DNA of 64,000 nucleotides from a virus: IMG/VR virus record IMGVR_UViG_3300014205_000222; one strand, 5' to 3'. Shown piece by piece: positions 54,149 to 62,548 of this stretch (position 1 is its first letter; each line of letters starts with the position of its first letter). The notes under the pieces were generated by a model. It saw only the letters and a program-made list of their open reading frames with translations, ran no database searches and was not told where the DNA came from. The position numbers and the translations under genes were made by a program.

Positions 54149-56458
54149 TTATATATCTTCTGTGCTCGTCATAATATAATATATCATTGTCCCACCACGC
54201 TGTCCTTTTACCTCAATTTCTTTCAATTCTTTTGTCTCGTTTACCAACTGGTGAATTGCATCATCAAGATCTTTGCTTTTCATACGAACACGGCGCATAA
54301 GCATCCGCCTCGCGATTTTACCGCCGCGTTGTTTTATTGCAGATAAAATTTTCTTCTGGTCGTTTTCACTCTCTGAAAGCTCAACCATCTCGTAAATCTT
54401 CCATGCCATTGGCATAAAATAATTTTCAATGATGCGAATTGCCTCTTTCACATGTTCATCCCAAATGGTTATATGACCTTTATCCATCTCTTCAAGCGCG
54501 CCATAACGTCCTATAGTAAACAACATTGCCAATTTTAACGTGTGTATCTGTAATCGCGCAAACATCGATAGTTTTGGGTCATCTGAAAGTTTTGCCAGCG
54601 CATCGTTATGTTTAACACACCACTCGTTATAATATTCCATTGCGTCTTGTGTTAATTGAAATTTAACCGGTTCTTCCGAATGCGCGCTAAACAAAATCCA
54701 TGTATCGAGCAGTCTTCTTCTCAAATTTACTTCTTCGTGTATTGCATCAGGATTATACATCTTCATTACACGAACAGTTTTTGGATGGTTTGGATAAAAC
54801 CACAAATATCTGTAGAACCAACCACTCGTCAAATTTTCTACATCAGATGTTTTTTCGAATGTGTCAGGAGTTGTTGCCATAACCATGGTGATATATGGTC
54901 TTTTAATAACAAAATTCGTCTTTCCTTTTGTTTTTGAAGTTCTCAACCGTCTGCTGTAATCTTCCCCATCATATAAATCACACAACACATATCTCAAATC
55001 AGACATATAATTTCGTTTCAATCCAACCAGCAACTGTGCCGCTTCGTCTTTTATAAAGTATGCTTTAGGGGTTTCATCTAGAATCTCAACCAACGATTCT
55101 GGTGTAAATGATTTCGGCATCTCGCTTGTAGTAATCTCATTCTGATCCAATATTCGCTTTGCCAGTTTTATAGACGTGGTTCTTCGTGAAACAGAGCTCA
55201 AACCCAAGAAAAAACACCAAAGGTTAGAATAAATAAAATCGTTCTCCATCCGCAACACAGCCGCGCGCTGTGCCGCAATGGATAACATTGATAAACCAAG
55301 ACCATAATGATACTCGTTGTATGCGTCTGTTCGATTGGATGCCCACGTTACATATTGTGTTATAAAGTTATCTTCTTCCAAATGTAGTTCAAGTTTCGGG
55401 TTGGAACTAACCACATAATCTTCCAACTGCGAACCAACACTTTCATCATTTGTTTTTGATTGACTTTTATCATCAACGTCTCGCTTCAAACTTTCTATAG
55501 TTTCTGTCGGTATTGCCTGTGGTGGCGGGAATTTGTCAACCTTCATTTTCCGCTTATACCCAAGAGATGATAACTTGTCCGAATACCCATTATCCCACAA
55601 ATATTCTACAACTTTTTTGAAATATTCTGGAGGGACACCGTTTTTAAGATCCACACATTCCGCACCTATTGTCTGTGCAATCCACGCAATTGGGTCTCCA
55701 CCACTTTCGCACCTATAACAATAATATACATTCTTTGATGGATTAACACAGAAATTTGTCCCTGTAGTACTACCGTGGATTGGATGTGACCCCTGCCACT
55801 CATCACCACGTTGGGTTGCATTTATAGGGACTACAAAATCCTCTATCCGCAGTCCTAGTTGGTCTGTCAGAGAATTCCTAGAAAATTTGGCAGTATCTGG
55901 TATACTCTTTTTAAGTTCTCTGAACCGATTTGATTTAACTTTTCGAAACAGTACAGAATCAACATAATCTGGTGTTACGGATTTTAATGGTAAATTTCGA
56001 GTTATAACATATTTGTTACCACTCGGGTGCCAACTGCCGGGACCGACCGCAAACGCTCTGCAACCAGACCCATAAAATTCTCCGATGTGTATTTTTGCAT
56101 CGTTAATATCATAAAATGGTATTTTCTCGGGTATTCCATCACATTTAATATATAGATGGATTCCATTACCAGAGCCACTTTTAACAGTAAATGTGTCAAA
56201 ATCATCTATTATACCGAGTGTGGCAGCAGCACCAATATCGTCAATATCGATTACAGATATTCCGCCACGGGGCAAAATACCATAATTACCACCTTCAGAA
56301 ATCCAATTTACAAGTTCAATGTCATCCCACGCGTAGTTTCTCTCGTTTTGCCAATCTTTCTGGACTGGGATTTTATCGCGCGCAGCAACCTTTATAAATC
56401 TTGCTTCAGGTATACGCAATTGAACCGGTATTGGATAACTTGGGGGGGTATCAGCCAT
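54149..56458 (-). CDS. bifunctional primase-polymerase (PrimPol) domain protein with zinc-binding and C-terminal primase-associated domain
   Basis: N-terminal …GNYGILPRGGISVIDIDD…SGSGNGIHLYI…H… = archaeo-eukaryotic primase PrimPol motifs I-III; CYRCESGGDPIAW zinc motif; 769 aa. Confidence 0.8.
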   Translation of the reverse strand: MADTPPSYPIPVQLRIPEARFIKVAARDKIPVQKDWQNERNYAWDDIELVNWISEGGNYGILPRGGISVIDIDDIGAAATLGIIDDFDTFTVKSGSGNGIHLYIKCDGIPEKIPFYDINDAKIHIGEFYGSGCRAFAVGPGSWHPSGNKYVITRNLPLKSVTPDYVDSVLFRKVKSNRFRELKKSIPDTAKFSRNSLTDQLGLRIEDFVVPINATQRGDEWQGSHPIHGSTTGTNFCVNPSKNVYYCYRCESGGDPIAWIAQTIGAECVDLKNGVPPEYFKKVVEYLWDNGYSDKLSSLGYKRKMKVDKFPPPQAIPTETIESLKRDVDDKSQSKTNDESVGSQLEDYVVSSNPKLELHLEEDNFITQYVTWASNRTDAYNEYHYGLGLSMLSIAAQRAAVLRMENDFIYSNLWCFFLGLSSVSRRTTSIKLAKRILDQNEITTSEMPKSFTPESLVEILDETPKAYFIKDEAAQLLVGLKRNYMSDLRYVLCDLYDGEDYSRRLRTSKTKGKTNFVIKRPYITMVMATTPDTFEKTSDVENLTSGWFYRYLWFYPNHPKTVRVMKMYNPDAIHEEVNLRRRLLDTWILFSAHSEEPVKFQLTQDAMEYYNEWCVKHNDALAKLSDDPKLSMFARLQIHTLKLAMLFTIGRYGALEEMDKGHITIWDEHVKEAIRIIENYFMPMAWKIYEMVELSESENDQKKILSAIKQRGGKIARRMLMRRVRMKSKDLDDAIHQLVNETKELKEIEVKGQRGGTMIYYIMTSTEDI

Positions 56459-56461
56459 CTA

Positions 56462-57205
56462 TCAACCACACTCGACTATTACTTCTGATTCGTCTACAAC
56501 ACCTATACCCTTTGGAGGTTTAGCCAAAAGACGTGTCACATTCCCGCGCCGTTTGATAGAATACATCGTATGATATTTTCTCAACAAATCTACAAACTCT
56601 GCAGCAGCCAGTTTTAACCCATCTTTTTCTATAATTTTATAATGCCCCTGCAATGTCGGGTTGCCTTCTTCATATGGATGTACAGATATAATAATTGCTC
56701 GTTCTGGAATTTTGGTTTCGTCTCCACTGTTCACCAACATGTTATAATATCCACCAATTTGTAATATGTGTGTATCATATATTGCCTTCGATGTCTTAAT
56801 ATCCCCTATTGTCCGAACACCCCAAAAAGGAGCAATTATATCGGGTGTTCCAACAACCTTTTCTTTTTTGTCTACATGTATGGTTTCAATTACCCGTGGT
56901 TGCCCAATCTCAAATGAAAAATCATTCCAAATTGTATCTGCAATTTCCAGTATGTGGTCAACGCCATATGGTATTTCGTCTATACTAAAATTTGGAAGTT
57001 CTAATATCCGGTTTGATAAACGATTAAGTATTCTGTAATGAACAATCGACCCCATTGTTGCTTTATACTTTAGAATATCTCTCCAATTTTGATTTTTTCG
57101 CTTCCACATTTTTAAACTATATGGCTCTGGAAGCATTTTGCTGAGAACTGTTGTTACAGATGGATATATCTCTCCATCAACGTTATAATATCCCGGCATC
57201 CACAA
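56462..57205 (-). CDS. PD-(D/E)XK nuclease, RecB/Cas4-like
   Basis: GTPDII…IGDIKTSK (D…D/E-x-K) and QIGGYY (QxxxY) motifs. Confidence 0.65.
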   Translation of the reverse strand: MWMPGYYNVDGEIYPSVTTVLSKMLPEPYSLKMWKRKNQNWRDILKYKATMGSIVHYRILNRLSNRILELPNFSIDEIPYGVDHILEIADTIWNDFSFEIGQPRVIETIHVDKKEKVVGTPDIIAPFWGVRTIGDIKTSKAIYDTHILQIGGYYNMLVNSGDETKIPERAIIISVHPYEEGNPTLQGHYKIIEKDGLKLAAAEFVDLLRKYHTMYSIKRRGNVTRLLAKPPKGIGVVDESEVIVECG

Positions 57206-57214
57206 ACACCCCGG

Positions 57215-57484
57215 TTACCCATATCTCCCCGCGCGGTGACGGATTCCATTTACAATTTCGACACCAATATTGGTAATTTGGTATTGTGGCATTACCTGCC
57301 CGTTTTTTCTCTTGTGCGTTTTACTTACAATTTTTACAACTTTATCTTCAACAAGCTTGCGCATGATAGCACCATTGACACCATACTTAAGCTTGAGTGC
57401 AGGACCAACATCCTTATAGAAAAACCGCTTTCGACCAGCGATTTCGTACATTGTTGTTAAATAATTGTGTTGTCTATGTTTCAT
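57215..57484 (-). CDS. small basic protein, possible winged-helix DNA-binding (89 aa)
   Basis: ORF track; position inside replication module. Confidence 0.4.
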   Translation of the reverse strand: MKHRQHNYLTTMYEIAGRKRFFYKDVGPALKLKYGVNGAIMRKLVEDKVVKIVSKTHKRKNGQVMPQYQITNIGVEIVNGIRHRAGRYG

Positions 57485-57506
57485 AATTATACACCAATAA
57501 TATTTT

Positions 57507-58916
57507 CTAATTTTTAACGATATTCAATTGACAATATTTCCCATACGTATCATTATATGCCCTGAACCTTTCGTCAGAATGATATGCCAACATACGTTGT
57601 CCGGAATCAATAAAGTCAACTATTATAGCATTTTCCTTATCGCCCGTTTTACGAAGCGCGCGCCCAATCGTTTGGACAGCCATTATCGATGATTTATACC
57701 CAGCAGCATAAATCAACGAATCTAACAACGGCAAATCCACACCTTCTTTTAAAAGTGTAGATACCAATACACGAATATTTCCATTTTTAAAATTTTCTAT
57801 AATTTCAGTCCGTAGTTTCCGTTTTTCACTACCATCAAGAAATACAACATTATCAACATGGTTTGCAATTTGATTTTTTAAATATGTACCATGATCTATA
57901 CGCGCTACATGGACATAAACCTGCCGCCCACTCCGTGAAAGTTCTATAGCACTTGATACAATTGCGGAATTTCGCTCAAAATTTGAAACAATACCCTCTT
58001 TATAAACAGTGGCCCAGTCCCTCTTTGTTGGATTTTTTATAGGTTTAAGCCTAAAAAATCTAAATTCTGGTCGCGCGAGATAACCCATGTCAACAAGATC
58101 AGGAACAGTAATATTAGCAACAACTCCCCCACAAACAGCCCATATACGCATATCGGCACCATCCTCCCGATATGGTGTTGCAGACAACCCAAGTCTAAAC
58201 CGCGCATTGGAATGCATGCAAACATCATACACAGTTTGAGCAGATACAATGTGGCATTCGTCAGCAATAACAACATCAGATTGCGGAATTAATGAATGGT
58301 CACGCTTTAACGTTTGAATCATACATATATTCCCAACATCAGAAACTTCCTTAATGTTATTCCCTATAATACCCACATCTATACCAAGATGTTTTTTAAT
58401 TTCTTCTTGCCATTGTTTTAATAACTCACGCCTGTGGACAAGAACACAAAAAGGAAAATCACGATATAAAATATATTTGAGCGATATCAGAGTTTTTCCT
58501 CCACCTGTCGGCAAATTAATCACACCGCCACCGAGCGTAGACGCCAACACATTACTCAAAGCAGTATACTGGTAGTCTCTCAAGGTATACCCTGAAGCCC
58601 ACTCCAGCCCCATGGTTCCACGATCATGTGGTGGGTGGTATGATTCGATACCCCGTATGGTTATCGTCTCACCAAATGCTTCTACGACCGTCTTCACTTT
58701 TTCGATGAGTCCGGTCGGGAAAAAGTAAGAACCATTGCGAGACCTTTTGAACAAACATTCTCTCCCATCCCATATGCCATCTATATACGCATTTGTGCGT
58801 TCAAACCCAAACGGATAATACGATAACGATTTGTCAAGAACATTTGCGATAGATTGATCTATATCGTTTATAAAAAATAATGGTGAATTTTTAGATTTTG
58901 TTATAGTTACACTCAA
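57507..58916 (-). CDS. SF2 DEAD/DEAH-box helicase (XPB/type III restriction Res-like)
   Basis: Motif I LPTGGGKT, motif II VIADECH, motif III SATP, motif VI QTIGRALR. Confidence 0.8.
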   Translation of the reverse strand: MSVTITKSKNSPLFFINDIDQSIANVLDKSLSYYPFGFERTNAYIDGIWDGRECLFKRSRNGSYFFPTGLIEKVKTVVEAFGETITIRGIESYHPPHDRGTMGLEWASGYTLRDYQYTALSNVLASTLGGGVINLPTGGGKTLISLKYILYRDFPFCVLVHRRELLKQWQEEIKKHLGIDVGIIGNNIKEVSDVGNICMIQTLKRDHSLIPQSDVVIADECHIVSAQTVYDVCMHSNARFRLGLSATPYREDGADMRIWAVCGGVVANITVPDLVDMGYLARPEFRFFRLKPIKNPTKRDWATVYKEGIVSNFERNSAIVSSAIELSRSGRQVYVHVARIDHGTYLKNQIANHVDNVVFLDGSEKRKLRTEIIENFKNGNIRVLVSTLLKEGVDLPLLDSLIYAAGYKSSIMAVQTIGRALRKTGDKENAIIVDFIDSGQRMLAYHSDERFRAYNDTYGKYCQLNIVKN

Positions 58917-58925
58917 TAAACCACA

Positions 58926-59750
58926 TTACCATTCTACATCTGAATTTTCCAAAATTTTCGTGGTTGATTCAGACGGGCGACTATTTTTCTCTTCCGTGTA
59001 TACTTCTTCACGGGTCATCTGCCCGGCTACTTTCGGCTCTTCTGCAACAACAGCTTCGACGACAGCACCACTTTCGAGCCAGTCTTTTACCATTTTGCCA
59101 GTCTTTGCACTAGGTACAAAAATCATATCTCCAAAAATTCCTGTTCTATCCTTTGAGACAGTTGCAGTATGTGTATGGTCGAGTGTAAACACAATGGTAA
59201 ATTCATATTCGATACCATCACGTAATACGGGTGCAGTCCCAATTTTGGTAACCTTGAGTTTATTTGATGTGTTTTCAACCATATACTCCGTTTTCGACCG
59301 CATCGTAGCAACAACATGCATTCCGGAATTTATAATATATTCTAACATACGATTGTACAACGGAGTAACTTCTGCCCATGCAGCCCACGTGTTTGTGCCA
59401 CGTTTTTCAACAGCAGATTTAATCTCAAGAAGTCCACCTTCACCACTCCAGAACGGTGAAAGAGAATCGATGATTAAGACATCATAACCTTCAGACTCTG
59501 CAAGTTTTATCCCATCTATAAGTTTGTTCGGGGAATATGGTGCACTTATTGGAAGTGTGTCATAGTCTCCTAGGTGGCTATATAACTCAGCACTGTTCTG
59601 TTCTGTATCTATCAACGCGATTCGCTTTCCAAGCCCCATTGCAATTAAAATAGATGAATATGTCTTGCCAGAACCACTCGCGCCAATCACGGCTATTTTT
59701 GCGCGTGCCCTTTTGCGTTCAGCTCTGCGAAAACCAGCCATTTTAATCAC
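58926..59750 (-). CDS. RecA-like P-loop ATPase (AAA_24 / Sak4-like)
   Basis: Walker A VIGASGSGKTYSS, Walker B LIIDSLSP; ~270 aa typical of phage Sak4-type ATPases. Confidence 0.6.
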   Translation of the reverse strand: MIKMAGFRRAERKRARAKIAVIGASGSGKTYSSILIAMGLGKRIALIDTEQNSAELYSHLGDYDTLPISAPYSPNKLIDGIKLAESEGYDVLIIDSLSPFWSGEGGLLEIKSAVEKRGTNTWAAWAEVTPLYNRMLEYIINSGMHVVATMRSKTEYMVENTSNKLKVTKIGTAPVLRDGIEYEFTIVFTLDHTHTATVSKDRTGIFGDMIFVPSAKTGKMVKDWLESGAVVEAVVAEEPKVAGQMTREEVYTEEKNSRPSESTTKILENSDVEW

Positions 59751-61038
59751 CGCGTGGTGGAAGTATTGCGTGTGTTATAGCAGCATCTATAACAGCATCT
59801 GGCACAGAACCATCGATCTTCAACATTTTGCGAGCTTCGTCTACACTAAATGTCCCAATCGGCCTATCAAACGCACCGGCTATTGTAACCAGCTGACCAG
59901 AAATCTTTTCAATCAAATTTCTTCCAGTTTCGGTTGGCTGCGCTTTTGGAGCCTGTTGAGGAGCCTGTGGAGGAGCCTGTTGAGGAGCCTGTTGAGGAGC
60001 CTGTTGAGGAGCCTGTTGAGGAGCCTGTGGAGGAGCCTGTTGAGGAGCCTGTTGATGAGCCTGTTGAGGAGCCTGTTGATGAGCCTGTTCTTTATTGTAT
60101 GTCTCTAACGTAGTTGTAGTGTTCAAAAACGAAGAATCATACTCATATATTGCAAAAGTACGCAAATTAATAAAGTTTCCACGATCACCCGCAGTCAACC
60201 CACTGATTTCTCCAACACCGATAACCATTCTATCATTGATACCAGATTTTACCGATTTTGCCTGTTCATTTGGGTCAGGAGTTTCATTAGCTGCGCTTTG
60301 GCATACCCCATCAAAATCAACAATATCATAAATCGGTTTTCCGTATCTCTGTCGCTGTAATTGGAACACAACTGTATTTTTACCGTCCTTTTTCAGTGAT
60401 ATCCCGAGAACTGGAAGGTGCCGAAGAACTGTATCTTCAGTCGTTAAATATACTTCATGCTTACTATCACCAGTTTTATCTTCAAACTTTTTCAAAGGAT
60501 TGACCCAATTTACAATCCCACGCACAACAACAATCTGATATTTCTCAAGACTGTTGAAATCCAATGTATCTGGTGTTTTAGAAACGCGCAGAAGCCTTTC
60601 GATAACCTGATCACGGGTTATAGGTTCAAATTTTGAAACATCTGTTATAACATAATTGCTGTAATTGGCACTCTTCCGAACCTTTAACTCTACTCGTCCG
60701 GGAGATGGTATCTTGTTTACATCATAACTAGTAAGGGATTTGTGGTTCCCATCTAGAACCAATAAGGGAAATGTTACAGGTCGCTTCGTGCCATACACAT
60801 CACCCTGCCCGACACTGATGCCAACCACTGGCATATCATTTTTAGACTGTATTTTCTTGTTTATTTCGCTTTTTGCATATGAAACGACAGTTTTAAGCGA
60901 TGTGAAACGTTTCCATTTTTCCAAATTTTCTATAATTGTCTTTTCGACATCAATTCCCGCACCTATGGCTTCAACATAAATCGGGTCTTCTTTTATTTCA
61001 TTCAAAATCTTACCAATTTCCATATATATCCCATCCAA
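59743..61038 (-). CDS. hypothetical replication-module protein with QAPQQAP low-complexity repeat linker (431 aa)
   Basis: ORF track; central linker encoded by 15-bp tandem repeat. Confidence 0.5.
   Translation of the reverse strand: MDGIYMEIGKILNEIKEDPIYVEAIGAGIDVEKTIIENLEKWKRFTSLKTVVSYAKSEINKKIQSKNDMPVVGISVGQGDVYGTKRPVTFPLLVLDGNHKSLTSYDVNKIPSPGRVELKVRKSANYSNYVITDVSKFEPITRDQVIERLLRVSKTPDTLDFNSLEKYQIVVVRGIVNWVNPLKKFEDKTGDSKHEVYLTTEDTVLRHLPVLGISLKKDGKNTVVFQLQRQRYGKPIYDIVDFDGVCQSAANETPDPNEQAKSVKSGINDRMVIGVGEISGLTAGDRGNFINLRTFAIYEYDSSFLNTTTTLETYNKEQAHQQAPQQAHQQAPQQAPPQAPQQAPQQAPQQAPQQAPPQAPQQAPKAQPTETGRNLIEKISGQLVTIAGAFDRPIGTFSVDEARKMLKIDGSVPDAVIDAAITHAILPPRGD
59948..60088. repeat. ~9 tandem copies of 15-bp unit GGAGCCTGTTGAGGA (variants GTGG/GATG), coding
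   Basis: Direct reading; encodes (QAPQQ)n; antisense gives spurious LLRSLL ORF 59665..60108. Confidence 0.85.
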
Positions 61039-61102
61039 ATTTAAAAGTTTGGCTATATATGTATGTATGTTTTAGTATAAAAATGTGTGTTCGGGTTTCA
61101 AT

Positions 61103-61699
61103 TCACACCAAATAAATCAATATCGGTGTAATAAAAACTTCCATGGCAGCAGCAGTCAATATGAGTGGGACAACAATTTTTAAATAAACTCGCGTCATAT
61201 ATGGCTTCGACTTGTCTTGCGCGCCGTTTAATAGGTAATAATATGCAAGATACCCTGCAATTATTACAGCAGTAAATTCAAAAACCCCATGCGGTATAAA
61301 TGCAATTATTGTTTTTGATGTTCCCAAAACACCTATAACACGCGCAAAAATTGCACCCGGGATAAAACCAGATATAAACAACAAATAACTTGTTGATATG
61401 ACACCGACATAATTGTTGAAATAATACGGCAAAAAAACTATGAGTGTAACAAAGAACAAATTATTTATAATAAATATAACCAAAAACAATCCTATTCCAA
61501 CTACCAATGGTATATTCTCGTGAGAAATTTGTTCTTTTACTTCACTATATGTCTGATTTACAACAGATTTGCCATATTGTGCTTGGGTTGCACTAGCAAA
61601 TTCCGGGCTACCCGCTGAAAAAATTGCGCCCATCATTATTCCAAGCACCAATATGAACGCCGAGCAAAATATACAGTATTGTTTGTCTGTAAATTCCAT
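61103..61699 (-). CDS. polytopic membrane protein (198 aa, ~6 TM)
   Basis: ORF track. Confidence 0.45.
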   Translation of the reverse strand: MEFTDKQYCIFCSAFILVLGIMMGAIFSAGSPEFASATQAQYGKSVVNQTYSEVKEQISHENIPLVVGIGLFLVIFIINNLFFVTLIVFLPYYFNNYVGVISTSYLLFISGFIPGAIFARVIGVLGTSKTIIAFIPHGVFEFTAVIIAGYLAYYYLLNGAQDKSKPYMTRVYLKIVVPLILTAAAMEVFITPILIYLV

Positions 61700-61960
61700 C
61701 TATCTCTTCTCCCGTTGTATTTCATTTTTCTTATTGTTTTTCTTACTATTAATATCTTCCCCAAGAGATTCCATATATGATATCAAATCAACCGACATCT
61801 TTTCCTTAATAAACTTAAAAAGTTCATAAACCCCATCTTCAACATTGCTTCCGGAACGATTCCGTTTCCACTCAAACATTGTTTTCCCATGTTCGTCTTT
61901 ATACCGTATTTCAACGGTTCCGGGTATTTTCCCACTTTTTAGTTTCTTTTGACACTTCAT
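61700..61960 (-). CDS. hypothetical protein (86 aa)
   Basis: ORF track. Confidence 0.4.
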   Translation of the reverse strand: MKCQKKLKSGKIPGTVEIRYKDEHGKTMFEWKRNRSGSNVEDGVYELFKFIKEKMSVDLISYMESLGEDINSKKNNKKNEIQREKR

Positions 61961-62548
61961 TTAATATCCACCATCCCAACCCGAGTGTTTTACATACAAC
62001 TCATATAAATGATATACAATGATGAACCCACTCAAAACTGCACATATTATACCGATATTAGAAAACGATGGGTTATATCCAATAAAAACATATGCTATGA
62101 ATAAAAATACAAATAACGAAAACGAACCGAAAACAACTGAAAACAATTTGTTTCGCACAAAAACCGACAATAGCAGCAACTGGATAGAAACAATAAATAA
62201 AACATAATATAATATATCACTATACCGCGTTCTGACAATAGAATTATTCAAATCAACGGAGCCGCTAGAATTATATACAGATATTTTCAAATTGTGTTCT
62301 TCATTTGGATTAACATTTGTTAAATAATAATTATAAGGTATTGTCAGGTTAGTATCCAAACTAACATTATAAGTAACTAAACCATCAACCCATACAGTTA
62401 TCCCATGCCCAGTGTTTATATATTCCGATGGGATTGTCCAATTCCAAACCACCCACGTTTCACCTTTCTGGAATGTTATATCCATAGCACTAGAAACACC
62501 AATAAGTGCGATGAAAAATAAAAATATAATTAAAACTTTTTTATACAT
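61961..62548 (-). CDS. signal peptide + beta-rich ectodomain + C-terminal TM anchor protein (195 aa)
   Basis: ORF track; shares C-terminal TM-anchor architecture with next gene. Confidence 0.45.
   Translation of the reverse strand: MYKKVLIIFLFFIALIGVSSAMDITFQKGETWVVWNWTIPSEYINTGHGITVWVDGLVTYNVSLDTNLTIPYNYYLTNVNPNEEHNLKISVYNSSGSVDLNNSIVRTRYSDILYYVLFIVSIQLLLLSVFVRNKLFSVVFGSFSLFVFLFIAYVFIGYNPSFSNIGIICAVLSGFIIVYHLYELYVKHSGWDGGY

Noticed and set aside
59665-60108. ORF 59665..60108 (+) encoding [10 protein letters not shown] repeats
   Set aside because: Antisense reading of the 15-bp coding tandem repeat in gene 59743..61038.
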